Numbered from the stretch's first letter, positions 17,155-27,335 are shown. The stretch is 64,000 nucleotides of DNA from Candidatus Sulfomarinibacteraceae bacterium (GCA_963715955.1 CAVQSQ010000012.1:211050-275049), one strand, 5' to 3'. Numbers and translations: made by a program. The notes: generated by a model not told the origin, from the letters alone.

Positions 17155-18507
17155 TTACCAGAAGATCCGCCAGGTGACGAGCCACTCGTTGGGTTCGAGA
17201 GTGGACCCGTCCTGCAGTTCGGCCTTGTTGAAGCTGTATTCGACGGTGATGTCGGAGGAACGGACGATCCCGATCCGCAGACCCACGTCGAGCTTCTGCC
17301 AGTCCCAGTACATCGAGGGCGTGATGAACGGGTCCCACACCCAGAAATCGTTGTCGATCTGCGAGTAGCGCACGGCCGGACGCAACCAGGTGAAGACCGG
17401 TGTGTCCCAGGCCGCAAAGAGCGCCGGTATCGGGATGTGAAACGCCGATTCGATCTCGAAGCCCTGGCGCTCGAGGGACGCGATGTCCTGTTTCACGAAC
17501 TGGGCAAAGCCCACCCAGCGGCCGAGCCGCCAGTCGACGTTGAGACCGGCCTCCCACTTCTCGTCGCCTTCGAATGGCAACGGCAACCCGGCTCCCCGCA
17601 ACAGCTCGAGGTCTCCCTGGTAGAAGGTGCCCTCGATCTCCGGTGCATCCTCCAGCGTCCGCGAGTAGTACCAGGCCATCACGTCGACCGACTTCTTGCC
17701 CTCGTCGTTGGCCCACCGCCACCCGAGGCCGCCACCCAGCTCGACCTCGCCGTCGAGACTGAAGTTCTTCGGCCGCGCATCGTACAGAATCGGGAACCCC
17801 GAGTTGTAGGCGGGATCCACGTCGCCCGGGACCCTGTCGAATGTCCCGTTGTCTCCGGCGAGAGCGTTCGGGTCGCGCATGAAGAGGGGCCCGGCGATCC
17901 CGTACTGGCCCCGGAAATAGAGGTTCCCCCCGAGGTTGACACCGAGCTGGATCTGCGGGATCTCGAAACGGTTGACCGCGGTGCCCCACAGCCCGTAACT
18001 CTCGAGGTGACGGACGATCTGTTTGGCGAAGCGGGGCGCCTTACCAGCCTCGACGTACCACGCCCACGGTTCGAGCTTTCTGTGCTGGCGGTCCACCTGA
18101 CCGTAGCGCAGCCAGAACTCCCGAACGAAGACCTCGTCATCGATCGACGAGGGATTTCGGTTGTAGAGGTCGAGGACGTGCACCAGGACCCGCCCGCTGA
18201 ATTTCTCGCTGAACCTGACGTCCAAGCCCAGCTCCACATCCGACATCTCGAAGTGGGACCCGGGATCGACGGTCCGCAGGTAGACGGCGTCGTCCCCCGC
18301 CTCCCAGAACTCCGGCGGAAACGGCACGTTCAGTCTGTGTTCGACGAACGTCGACTGGCGGAAGTTGAAATTCATCTCTCCGAAGAAGGTGAATCCCGTC
18401 TTCTCCTGGGCGTCGGCAGGCACAGCGGACAGACCCGCCAGGAGGACGAGGAGCCCTACGGAGAACCTCGTTACACGCGTCGCCGGAACGGACGTTTGCT
18501 CGGTCAT
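17155..18507 (-). CDS. outer-membrane beta-barrel protein (porin-like, uncharacterised)
   Basis: Signal peptide (...LSAVPADAQE). Alternating amphipathic strands rich in aromatic residues. C-terminal ...LVTWRIFW ends in an aromatic residue, typical of OMP C-termini. Confidence 0.7.
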   Translation of the reverse strand: MTEQTSVPATRVTRFSVGLLVLLAGLSAVPADAQEKTGFTFFGEMNFNFRQSTFVEHRLNVPFPPEFWEAGDDAVYLRTVDPGSHFEMSDVELGLDVRFSEKFSGRVLVHVLDLYNRNPSSIDDEVFVREFWLRYGQVDRQHRKLEPWAWYVEAGKAPRFAKQIVRHLESYGLWGTAVNRFEIPQIQLGVNLGGNLYFRGQYGIAGPLFMRDPNALAGDNGTFDRVPGDVDPAYNSGFPILYDARPKNFSLDGEVELGGGLGWRWANDEGKKSVDVMAWYYSRTLEDAPEIEGTFYQGDLELLRGAGLPLPFEGDEKWEAGLNVDWRLGRWVGFAQFVKQDIASLERQGFEIESAFHIPIPALFAAWDTPVFTWLRPAVRYSQIDNDFWVWDPFITPSMYWDWQKLDVGLRIGIVRSSDITVEYSFNKAELQDGSTLEPNEWLVTWRIFW

Positions 18508-18593
18508 TTTTCTTCCTTTGTGCGCCGCTGTTTGGTGACATCCTAGAGTGAGACGCAGTCGCAGTCAACCCTTCCGTTCGATTACGGTAGTCT

Positions 18594-19508
18594 TTGAGCG
18601 GCAACCACCAGTTCGACCCGTTTGCGACCGAGGAGTCGACCATGGGAAATTCACTCTCCATCGCCCACCTTTCGGACCTCCACCTCACCGCTACCGACAA
18701 CGGGGCGCGCAAGGAGGACCGGGCCCGCGGCATGAATGCGAATCTCGGACGCCTCCTCACCCACCCCGCCGTTCAGGAGGCGGATCTGGTGCTGATCACC
18801 GGCGATGTCAGCGACCGCGGGGAGGTCGCGGCGTGGAACGTCTTGTGGTCCTCGGTCCGGCAGGCCGGTCTCGATCTCGGGAGGATCCTCGTCATCCCGG
18901 GAAACCACGATGCGGCGTGTCTCGGTCTGCGGCGGTCCCGTCCCACTGCGGAGGATCTGGCCGTCGTCCGTGCCGGGCTCGAGAAAGGGCGGCAGCGGAG
19001 AAAACTCCCCTACGTGCGCTGGTTTGGCGACGGAAACATCGCGGTCTTCGCCGTCGACAGCGTCAACGCCGGCAATTTCAACCTCATCGACAATGCGGTC
19101 GGTCGCATCGGCTTCGACCAGCTCGCGGGCCTCGGCCGGCTGCTCAGGGAGAACTCGCACATCCCCTGCAAGCTCATCGCCCTCCACCACTCGCCCAACA
19201 TCCCGGCGTCGGCGACCTCGAAGCGACGGGGAGAAAAGGCGACGCCGTTCTGGCAGCGCGCCGCGTTGCAACTCGACCGCGCCGACCGGGTGGCCCTGCG
19301 GCTGCTCGCGCGGGTGTTCGCGGTCAAGGCCATCCTCCACGGCCACACCCACGACAACCTCGACCGCCGCGTCAACAACGTGCGCATCATCGGTACCACG
19401 GACTCGACGGTACCGAATTCGTCGGGAGTCTTGAGTTTCAAGACCTACACCTTCTACCCGGACTCGGCCCTGTTCAAGGCGACGATCAGGCGGGTCCGAG
19501 CGGTGTGA
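18594..19508 (+). CDS. metallophosphoesterase
   Basis: IAHLSDLHL, LITGDVSDRG, VIPGNHD, ALHHSP and ILHGHTHD motifs. The ATG at 18642 is an alternative start. Confidence 0.8.
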   Translation: MSGNHQFDPFATEESTMGNSLSIAHLSDLHLTATDNGARKEDRARGMNANLGRLLTHPAVQEADLVLITGDVSDRGEVAAWNVLWSSVRQAGLDLGRILVIPGNHDAACLGLRRSRPTAEDLAVVRAGLEKGRQRRKLPYVRWFGDGNIAVFAVDSVNAGNFNLIDNAVGRIGFDQLAGLGRLLRENSHIPCKLIALHHSPNIPASATSKRRGEKATPFWQRAALQLDRADRVALRLLARVFAVKAILHGHTHDNLDRRVNNVRIIGTTDSTVPNSSGVLSFKTYTFYPDSALFKATIRRVRAV

Positions 19509-19550
19509 ACCCCATTCCGTCCTCCTTCGTAGAATCTCTCAGGGGGTGAA

Positions 19551-21122
19551 ATGCAGGCGTCAGAACGGCCGTCAAACTCCGGTCCGCGATCACGTGACAT
19601 CCCAGCGCTCTCCCTCCCGGTGCTGACAGCCCTGGTCGCGGCCAAGATCGCCCTCCACATCCCGGGGCTCTTCCGCTACGGCTACTTCCGAGACGAACTC
19701 TACTTTCTCGACTGCGCCCGCCACCTCGACTGGGGCTATGTCGACTGCGCTCCGTTGGTGGCCGTCTACGCCAAGATCGCGCTCCTCCTCGGTGGTTCCC
19801 TGCCCGCCCTGCGCATGGTGCCGATGCTCGCCGGGGTGGGGCTGATCGCGATGACGGTGGTTCTGACCCGCCAACTCGGCGGCGGTATCTTCGCCCAGGC
19901 CCTCGCCGGAATGGCGATCCTGATCGCACCGGTTCACCTCATGATCAACAGTGTTCTCTCGATGAATTCCTTCGAGCCCATCTTCTGGATGGGCTGCGTG
20001 TGGGTCGTGATCCGCATCGTTCGCACCGGCGACTCGAGGCTGTGGCTTGTCTTTGGCATCCTCGCCGGCCTCGGGCTCGAGAACAAACACTCGACCCTTT
20101 TCTTCGGCGCCGCGGCCGCGGTCGGAGTGATCGCGACGCCCCTGCGACGCGAACTCACGAAGCCCTGGATCTGGCTCGGCGCAGCGGTCGCGTTGGCCCT
20201 TTTCATGCCCAACCTGTTGTGGCAGTGGCAGCACGACTTCCCGACCCTCGAGGACCTGCGTAACGTCCGGGAAAGCGGCAAGAACGTCGCCCTGGCCCCC
20301 GGGGCGTTCATGGTCCAACAGACCATGATGCTGAACCCGGCGACGCTTCCCGTCTGGCTCGCAGGGTTGTGGTTCCTTCTGCTCGGCCAAGGGCGACGGT
20401 TCCGGGTCCTCGGCTGGACCTACCTCGCACTGCTCGCGATGCTGATGGCGCTGCACGCAAAGGACTACTACCTGGCGCCGATCTACCCCATGCTCTTTGC
20501 CGCCGGCGGGGCCGCATTCGAAGGCTGGACCTCGGCCCTCGCCAGGGCTCGCGCACGACTTTCGGTCCAGGTAGCGTTGCTGCTCTCCGTCATGGTTCCC
20601 GGCGCCCTGATCGCTCCTCTCGCCCTGCCGATCCTGGAGCCCGCCGCCTATGTTGCCTACCAGCAGCGCCTCGGAGTCGCCCCCGAAAAGACCGAGGTCG
20701 CGCACGAGGGCCCACTGCCCCAGTTGTGGGGCGACCAGTTCGGCTGGCCGGAACTGGTGTCCGAGATTGCGGCGATCTACAACGCGCTGCCGCCGGAGGA
20801 GCGAGCCAGAACCGGAATCTTTGCCAGCAACTACGGCGAAGCGGGAGCGATCAACCTCTTCGGGCCCGCCCTCGGTCTGCCTCCAGCGATCTGCGCCCAC
20901 CAGACCCACTCGATGTGGGGCCCCGGGGACTTCGATGGTGACACCCTGATCTGGCTGCAGTGGGAGCCCGAATGGTTGGAAGACCGCTGCACCTCAGTTG
21001 AAATCGTCGGTGAACACCACCACCCCTGGGGCATGGCGGAGGAGAATCGTCCGATCCTCCTGTGCCGCAATCTCACCCCACCGCTCGCCGAACAGTGGCC
21101 GGACCTACGGCACTGGAACTGA
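19551..21122 (+). CDS. glycosyltransferase family 39 (ArnT/PMT-like) membrane protein
   Basis: YFRDELYFLDCARHLDWGYVDCAPL loop motif, at least 10 TM helices and a soluble C-terminal domain. Confidence 0.8.
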   Translation: MQASERPSNSGPRSRDIPALSLPVLTALVAAKIALHIPGLFRYGYFRDELYFLDCARHLDWGYVDCAPLVAVYAKIALLLGGSLPALRMVPMLAGVGLIAMTVVLTRQLGGGIFAQALAGMAILIAPVHLMINSVLSMNSFEPIFWMGCVWVVIRIVRTGDSRLWLVFGILAGLGLENKHSTLFFGAAAAVGVIATPLRRELTKPWIWLGAAVALALFMPNLLWQWQHDFPTLEDLRNVRESGKNVALAPGAFMVQQTMMLNPATLPVWLAGLWFLLLGQGRRFRVLGWTYLALLAMLMALHAKDYYLAPIYPMLFAAGGAAFEGWTSALARARARLSVQVALLLSVMVPGALIAPLALPILEPAAYVAYQQRLGVAPEKTEVAHEGPLPQLWGDQFGWPELVSEIAAIYNALPPEERARTGIFASNYGEAGAINLFGPALGLPPAICAHQTHSMWGPGDFDGDTLIWLQWEPEWLEDRCTSVEIVGEHHHPWGMAEENRPILLCRNLTPPLAEQWPDLRHWN

Positions 21123-21126
21123 CGTT

Positions 21127-22227
21127 CTACGGAACGGTCGCCGACCACGCGTTGCTGTTACCGGACTCGAAGCCATCGCTGAACACCCCGACCGGGACCC
21201 GGCACACGTGATCAATCCACGTTTCCTGACCGCCAATCGCAAAGCTCTCGATCACACCTGAAACAACCAGCGTGCCGGCCGTTCCGGTCGGTGGCTGGAG
21301 CGTGATCGTGGCACCACCTAGGGTTGTCAGGTGGAGATCCGTGAAATTTCCGACGTTGGCCAGAGTGTCGTTGACCACCAGATTCACGTTGCCGCCATAA
21401 TCCTCGTAGAGCAGTGTGATCTCGGCAAGCGGTTCATCGACGGCGAAGAAGATGTTCACATTGTTCGGCCAAATGTCCTGGCCCGTCCCGCCGGAATCTT
21501 GGGCGTTTTCGACTCTGGAGAAACCGGTCGTCGTCGAACCGGTTGGAAGCCAGAAGAACTCCTCGACCAACATCCCGACACCCGAGTCGACAAAGAACCG
21601 CCCGTATTCGTACTCTTCCCCCAGGGGCAGGTCCTCGAATTCGATGCAGCCTGTCGGACCAGTCGCTTCGCAGATGTCGTCGATCCACAGTTCCTGGCCG
21701 CCGATCGAGAACGAGTTCACGGTTCCATTGACGACCATGATTCCCAATCCGGTCGGCGACAGGCTCACTTCAACCAGCGTGCCGCCCACCATCTGATCGT
21801 TGAGTTCTTCCAGATCCAGTACGTTTCTGAAATCACCGTTGATCGTGAGATTGACGTTGCCGCCGTATTCTCCGAAAAACAAACGGAGATTCTCGACCGA
21901 ACGGCCGAAACCGAAGTTCACCGTGATGTTGTTGACCTCGAGGTCGTAACCGGTGCCTCCTGACAGACCGGCGTCATCGACCTCCGCGAACCCGGCTGAC
22001 GTCCACGTGCCGTTCGTCCATCGGAACGCCGAGGTGGTGATGGTTGTCCCCGACGAAGCAAAGGTCCCCGGAACGTTGTGGACCGCACCGAGCTGAAGAT
22101 CCTCGAACCCGACGCAGTCGCCCGGAGCGAGCGTCGCCGCAGCCGGACGAGTCGAAATCGCCAAGAGAAGAATCGCCGCAATCTTCACGGTTCGTTGAAA
22201 TGAACTCGAAACCGCACCATCGTTCAT
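21127..22227 (-). CDS. exported protein with two about 170-aa internal repeats and a C-terminal GFESGN..W tail
   Basis: AAGGGGG lies upstream of the ATG at 22227, and a signal peptide is present. Two Cys-bounded repeats (C.GFEDL.LG ... YGGNVNL ... SF.IGGQE.WID..C). The protein ends VGVFSDGFESGNSNAWSATVP. Confidence 0.65.
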   Translation of the reverse strand: MNDGAVSSSFQRTVKIAAILLLAISTRPAAATLAPGDCVGFEDLQLGAVHNVPGTFASSGTTITTSAFRWTNGTWTSAGFAEVDDAGLSGGTGYDLEVNNITVNFGFGRSVENLRLFFGEYGGNVNLTINGDFRNVLDLEELNDQMVGGTLVEVSLSPTGLGIMVVNGTVNSFSIGGQELWIDDICEATGPTGCIEFEDLPLGEEYEYGRFFVDSGVGMLVEEFFWLPTGSTTTGFSRVENAQDSGGTGQDIWPNNVNIFFAVDEPLAEITLLYEDYGGNVNLVVNDTLANVGNFTDLHLTTLGGATITLQPPTGTAGTLVVSGVIESFAIGGQETWIDHVCRVPVGVFSDGFESGNSNAWSATVP

Positions 22228-22388
22228 GATGACCCCCTTTGGTGGAGCAAAGACCGCCCTTTTCAGTTCTTGATGTGAAATCCGGTGTTCGTACAATCTC
22301 AATCATATCAGCAGTCAAGAACTGTAATTGCATGATTGAACAAGTAGTTACATGACCATGTTCGGGTTCATGTGGCAGCCGGCAGGCA

Positions 22389-23729
22389 TTACCCTGAGGG
22401 AGTTGACGCCCACCACGTCCAGTCACCGGACTCGAAGCCGTCCACGAAAATCCCCCATCCGAACTCGTCGGCGCCGATATCTGGTGTTGCGTCGCGATGC
22501 TGCCGATCGATATCGCCGTCACACAGCCCGGACGTCAGGAGCGTGCCGGCGTCGACCGGGCTCGAGAGCGGGTCGACCAGGTGGAGGTCGCCGCCGGCGA
22601 CATCCGAGAACAGACTCACCGGTTCGCCGCTGAGGTTGGTGGTGAGGACGGCAGTTCCGCCGCGATCGCGGATCGGACCGGTCGTCAGGTTGTTCACGAT
22701 GGTGACCGAGGTGTCGATGTACCGCCACTCGATGGAGGAAAACGGCGTCTCGGTCGAGGCCACGGTGTTGTGGTACACGGCGGCGCCCTCGGCGCCCCAG
22801 AGTGCGATGCCCGCGTCAAAGCCGTACTCGGACGCGAAGAGACCGGTATCGGAGGCGGCCACGAAGTTGTTGCGGATGATGCCGTCCGTGTGGCCGTCGG
22901 CACCCGAACCGAGCCCGAAGCCGATGCCACGGGCGCAGTCGACGATGACGTTTTCTTCCACCACGGTATCGGCCGACGCGCGCCACAGGTGGATCCCGTG
23001 TTCGGACAGCCCGGACTCGCACCAGAAGCCCTCGATGCGGTTGCGCCACACCCGCCACCCGGTGGCGGCGTGGGCGTCGAGCCCGCCGGTGTAACAGTTG
23101 TTGCGGATGTGCGGCCGCCCGGCATCGGTGAGTTCGATACGCGAACACTGGAGGGAGCTGTCATCGACCGTTCCCTCCCCCACCGGGTTGACCTTCACCG
23201 CCTGCTCTCCGGGGTCGATGATGTGGACGTTGTGGATCAGTACTCCGCTGATCGGCGTCCCCGGCCCACTCACGTGGATCGGGTGGTAGTACGCCCGTTG
23301 CAGCGTGAGGTCGGCGATCGTCGTGTTCGAGGCCTGGATGCTGATCAACTCACCCGAAACGTAGCCGCCGTCGAGAACCACCGCCTCGCGATCGCCGCCG
23401 GCTGACCTCAAGGTCAGGCCGGGGGTCGTGACGTGCAGGAATGCCCCGTCGAGGTCATAGGTGCCGTCGTGAAGCAGGATCGTCGTGCCGGTGGCGGCGT
23501 TGGCGACGATCCCGGGCAGGTCGCCCACCTGTGACGGCTGGACTTCGATCACCGGTCCGGTCGGAGGCGGCAGCAATGGGCAGGGCGCCTGGGCGACGAG
23601 GAGACCCGGCACGCCTATAGACCCGAGGAACGCGAGCGTCGCGATCACCGCACGGGATGACGTTCGCAACCAACTGAACACAACTCCAGTGTGCGCGTCC
23701 CCTGCATGGCTCGCGGTGTTCCCGGTCAC
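22389..23729 (-). CDS. exported right-handed parallel beta-helix repeat protein (pectate-lyase-fold) with a GFESGD..W tail
   Basis: Repeated NN.I/V..G.G beta-helix rungs (IRNNCYTGG, VEENVIVDCARGIGFG, IIRNNFV, VYHNTV). The start overlaps the S9 stop as ATGA. The protein ends FVDGFESGDWTWWASTPSG. Confidence 0.8.
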   Translation of the reverse strand: MTGNTASHAGDAHTGVVFSWLRTSSRAVIATLAFLGSIGVPGLLVAQAPCPLLPPPTGPVIEVQPSQVGDLPGIVANAATGTTILLHDGTYDLDGAFLHVTTPGLTLRSAGGDREAVVLDGGYVSGELISIQASNTTIADLTLQRAYYHPIHVSGPGTPISGVLIHNVHIIDPGEQAVKVNPVGEGTVDDSSLQCSRIELTDAGRPHIRNNCYTGGLDAHAATGWRVWRNRIEGFWCESGLSEHGIHLWRASADTVVEENVIVDCARGIGFGLGSGADGHTDGIIRNNFVAASDTGLFASEYGFDAGIALWGAEGAAVYHNTVASTETPFSSIEWRYIDTSVTIVNNLTTGPIRDRGGTAVLTTNLSGEPVSLFSDVAGGDLHLVDPLSSPVDAGTLLTSGLCDGDIDRQHRDATPDIGADEFGWGIFVDGFESGDWTWWASTPSG

Positions 23730-25915
23730 TCCTCAGAAGGGATGACCACGTCCTCGTCCCAGATCCACTTCGCAAAGAACCGCCAGTTGTGCCACACCGC
23801 CGCCAGCAGCTCCTTGGGTTTGGAGATCCCGTGACCGAAGCCCTTGTAGATCACCAACTCCACAGGGACGCCCACGTCCTGCAGACCCTGGTAGAGCTCG
23901 TAGGCGTTCGGCGTCGGCACCCGCCGGTCGAACTCGCCGTGCTGGATCAGGGTCGGCGTCGAAGCGTCATTGATGTAGGACATCGGCGACGTCCTGGCGT
24001 AGACCTCGGGATCGCTCCACGGCGTGCCCTGCAGGTAGTGGCGGGTGAAGGGGTGGATGTCGGTGTTGACGTAGTAGGTCATCCAGTTGGAGATCCCCGC
24101 CCCGACCGAGATCGCCGCGAACCGGTCGCTGGTGGTGGTCAGAAAGGCGGAGATGTAGCCGCCCTGGCTCCAGCCCATCGCCCCGATGCGATCGCCGTCG
24201 ACGAAACCCTGAGCCACCAGGTGGTCGACCCCCGACAGCACGTCCCAGGCGTCGCCGACGCCGAGGTTGCGGACGTTGAGGGAGCGGAATGCCTCACCGT
24301 ACCCTGCCGACCCGCGGTAGTTGGGCATCAGAATCACGGCCCCCTTCTCGAGCCACTGCTGAACCGGGTAGACGTAGGTGTAGGCGCGAACCGGGAACGA
24401 CAGCCACGACGGACCGCCGTGGATGATCACGAGCAGCGGGTGTTTCTCCGACGGGTCGAACCCGTCAGGTTTGAGCAGGATGCCCTCGATCGTCGCGCCG
24501 TCCTCGCTCGCCCACTCGACGACCTCGCGACTTCCCATCGCCCAGCCGTCGGTCTGCTCGGTGGAGCTGGGTGATGCGGCGAGCGCCCGGTCGTCACCGG
24601 GGTCGACCCGGTACACCTCATCCAGCGTGTCGATGCCTTCTCCCTGAAACGCCCACGTCCGCCCGTCCTTCGAAAAATCGACGCTCCAGATGATCCGAGG
24701 CGCTCCCTCGACCACCACTCGATCTATCTCGCCGCTCTCCGGGTCGAGCCGGAAGAGCCCGCGGGTCGTTCGATGAAGCGCCAGAAAGCGGATGCCGTCG
24801 TCGAGCCATGCCACCGCGGACGCGTCCTCGTCAAAGGCCTCGGTCAAGACGACCGGCTCGCCACCGCCGGCAGGCACCTTCGCCAGTTCGGAGTTGAGGT
24901 AGTACGACGGATCGCCGTCACCGGTGGAAAACAGCACCCAGGCGCCATCCGGCGACCAGTGCGGGTCGCGGTCCGGGCCCGCCTGCGCGACCAGTGCCTT
25001 GACCTCGGTGCTTTTCACGTCGACGACCGAGAGATCCGCCTCGGTCCGAGATTCGACGCGCGGGTCCGGCCGGTGGTCGAAGGCGATCCTGGTGCCGTCG
25101 GGCGACCAGCGAAAGGTGTCGACGGTGAATTCCGCGCCGCTCGTGAGACGTCGAAACGGCGAGGGTTTCTCGTCTTTCTTCCCATCGTGCTCCTCGTCAT
25201 CATCGCCGGTCGATTCGTCCGGGAGTTCGGCCCCTTCACCACCGGCGAGGGCGGCCCTCACATCCAGCAGCCACAGGTGGGTGTTGCGGAAGTCGTGATC
25301 CTCGATCGAATAGGCCCCGTAGGTCTCCTCGAGCTTCTTCCGTTCCGGGTCCTGGCGGTCGGTGATGGCGACGGCCATCCGGGCGCCGTCGGGCGCCCAC
25401 TCGAAAGCCGAAACTCCGTCTTCGACCGCCGTCAGGGGCCGGGCCTCGCCGCCACGAGGCGAGATCAACCAGATCTGCGAACCCTGGCCCCGGTCGGCCG
25501 CAAACGCGATCCAGGAACCGTCCGGCGACCATTTCGGGTCCGAACTGCTCTCGCCCTCGGTTCGCGTCAGCTGGAAAGGCTCCTCTCCGCGGCGGGCCAG
25601 CCAGAGCTCGGCGTCGAACCGGTTCTCCTCCCATTCTGCCCGGCGCACCGTGTACACAATGGCACTGCCGTCGGGCGAGATCTTCGGGTCGCCGGCGCTC
25701 TCCAGGCTGAGGACCTCCCGGAAACCCGGATCGGAAAAGGCGACCGGGCTGGCCTGCGTCTCTTCGGTCTCATCCGCCCCAACAAAGGAAGCGACCACCA
25801 GCCCACAGACCAGGGAGAACCACACCAACCTGAACACTCTGGGTCTCACACCGCCCTCCACGACTCCTCCGAATTCAGAACAACGTCCTGCGGCGGCAGC
25901 GTACCACGAGCCCAC
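23726..25915 (-). CDS. S9 family serine peptidase (beta-propeller plus prolyl-oligopeptidase catalytic domain)
   Basis: GWSQGGY nucleophile elbow. HGEFDRRVP and GFGHG motifs near the C-terminus. N-terminal TolB-like propeller repeats (SPDGS/W.PDG). The likely true start is the GTG at 25849 (VRPRVFRLVWFSLVCGLVV...). Confidence 0.9.
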   Translation of the reverse strand: MGSWYAAAAGRCSEFGGVVEGGVRPRVFRLVWFSLVCGLVVASFVGADETEETQASPVAFSDPGFREVLSLESAGDPKISPDGSAIVYTVRRAEWEENRFDAELWLARRGEEPFQLTRTEGESSSDPKWSPDGSWIAFAADRGQGSQIWLISPRGGEARPLTAVEDGVSAFEWAPDGARMAVAITDRQDPERKKLEETYGAYSIEDHDFRNTHLWLLDVRAALAGGEGAELPDESTGDDDEEHDGKKDEKPSPFRRLTSGAEFTVDTFRWSPDGTRIAFDHRPDPRVESRTEADLSVVDVKSTEVKALVAQAGPDRDPHWSPDGAWVLFSTGDGDPSYYLNSELAKVPAGGGEPVVLTEAFDEDASAVAWLDDGIRFLALHRTTRGLFRLDPESGEIDRVVVEGAPRIIWSVDFSKDGRTWAFQGEGIDTLDEVYRVDPGDDRALAASPSSTEQTDGWAMGSREVVEWASEDGATIEGILLKPDGFDPSEKHPLLVIIHGGPSWLSFPVRAYTYVYPVQQWLEKGAVILMPNYRGSAGYGEAFRSLNVRNLGVGDAWDVLSGVDHLVAQGFVDGDRIGAMGWSQGGYISAFLTTTSDRFAAISVGAGISNWMTYYVNTDIHPFTRHYLQGTPWSDPEVYARTSPMSYINDASTPTLIQHGEFDRRVPTPNAYELYQGLQDVGVPVELVIYKGFGHGISKPKELLAAVWHNWRFFAKWIWDEDVVIPSEE

Positions 25916-26050
25916 AGCACGGTGTTCTCAACTCTGGTCAACACAGGGTGTGATGGCCGTCACCGCTGATACCGGACCACCTCGACATCGAGGAAGCGTG
26001 GCATATACTGGGAGGTGCAACCAAGAAAACCATCGAGAGGGGAATTCTGA

Positions 26051-27274
26051 ATGAGGGCTCAACTCCTGGCCGCGGCATTGATCATTGCTGTCGGGTTCGG
26101 CGCGGCTGCGCCGTCGACAGCGTCCGACGAGACCCCATCCGTCAAGGCGATCGCGCTGATCGACGACTTCGAGGACGGCGACCTTGTCGGATGGGCAGCG
26201 CCCACCGGCGGCTGCACCGCCGTCAACACCGGGCTCACCGGCGCGAACGGTTCGTCACGCAGCCTCCAGGTGGACGGAGCGTGCGGCCATTACCAGGGGC
26301 CGTGGTTCGACCTCGTCAACTTCCAGGCGACCGGCGTCAGCTTCTGGGTGCGCCCGGGCTCGACCTCTTTGGCCGATACGTACGTCGTCATCGGCGACGA
26401 CAATGTGACGAACAACAATGGTGTGGTCTTCTTTTACGGCCACTCCACCGGTCAGTTCGTGCTCATTGGTCCCGGTATCGACGACTACTTCCTCGCGCCA
26501 TACGTCGCCAACCAGTGGTATCGGATCGACCTCACCCTCGACTGGGTCGGCCGCACCGTCGACGTCTTCATCGACGGCGTGGCGCGGCAGTACAACGTGC
26601 CCTTCCGGTCGCCGGCAACCACAACGCTGACCCAGCTCCACTTCTACAATTTCAACAACTCGACCGCATGGCTCGACTACATCGTGATGTCGTCGCCGCC
26701 CCCGTCTCTCGATCTCTTCGAAAACGGGTTCGAGTCCGCCGACACGACCGCCTGGTCGCTCACAACGCCGGCGCTGCCGTCGCGCCTCGTGCTCTACGAC
26801 GGCGGCGGCATCTCGGGCCCGATCGGGGGCCGCTCGGGGGCCGACGTCCTGTGCGGACAGACGGCCCTGACGGCCACGGGCATCCCCCTCAATGCCACCA
26901 CCCGCGCCTTTCTTTCGTTCTCGGCGTCCGACGAGATCCGTGATTTTCCGACGTTGTACGGTGTGCCCACGGACCGCCAGATCACCGGCCCCAACTGGAG
27001 TGTGGTCGCCGACGACTGGGCCGATCTTCTCGACGGAACGATCGATCAGACGCTGGTCGACGCCGGGGTTCTGACCGCGAGCAACTTCTGGTACACCGGC
27101 AGCAACCCGGACGGGGCCGTGGCACCCTACACCTGCAGCGGTTGGACCGACGGCGCCACCTTTTTCGACGGACGCTACGGCAGCAGCCAGGTAGGCGACG
27201 ACCGCTGGATCAGCACCGGAGAAGCGACCTGCGGCCTCGTTTCCTACCACGTGCTCTGCCTCGCCTGGAGGTGA
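26051..27274 (+). CDS. exported two-domain protein: ConA/LamG-like jelly-roll plus C-terminal endostatin/DUF1554-like domain
   Basis: Signal peptide. N-terminal domain DDFEDGDLVGW...WYRIDLTLDW...VFIDG. Linker LFENGFESADTTAWSLTTP. The C-terminal domain carries GGRSGADVLCGQTA..TRAFLSFS...W..LLDG...FWYTGSNPDG..YTCSGWTDG...ATCG..SYHVLCLA. Confidence 0.7.
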   Translation: MRAQLLAAALIIAVGFGAAAPSTASDETPSVKAIALIDDFEDGDLVGWAAPTGGCTAVNTGLTGANGSSRSLQVDGACGHYQGPWFDLVNFQATGVSFWVRPGSTSLADTYVVIGDDNVTNNNGVVFFYGHSTGQFVLIGPGIDDYFLAPYVANQWYRIDLTLDWVGRTVDVFIDGVARQYNVPFRSPATTTLTQLHFYNFNNSTAWLDYIVMSSPPPSLDLFENGFESADTTAWSLTTPALPSRLVLYDGGGISGPIGGRSGADVLCGQTALTATGIPLNATTRAFLSFSASDEIRDFPTLYGVPTDRQITGPNWSVVADDWADLLDGTIDQTLVDAGVLTASNFWYTGSNPDGAVAPYTCSGWTDGATFFDGRYGSSQVGDDRWISTGEATCGLVSYHVLCLAWR

Positions 27275-27335
27275 ACGACCCAGGCCGCGGTTGAGGCATA
27301 ATGGCGGCCTCGAGAAAATCTTCGCGGAGGCCTGA

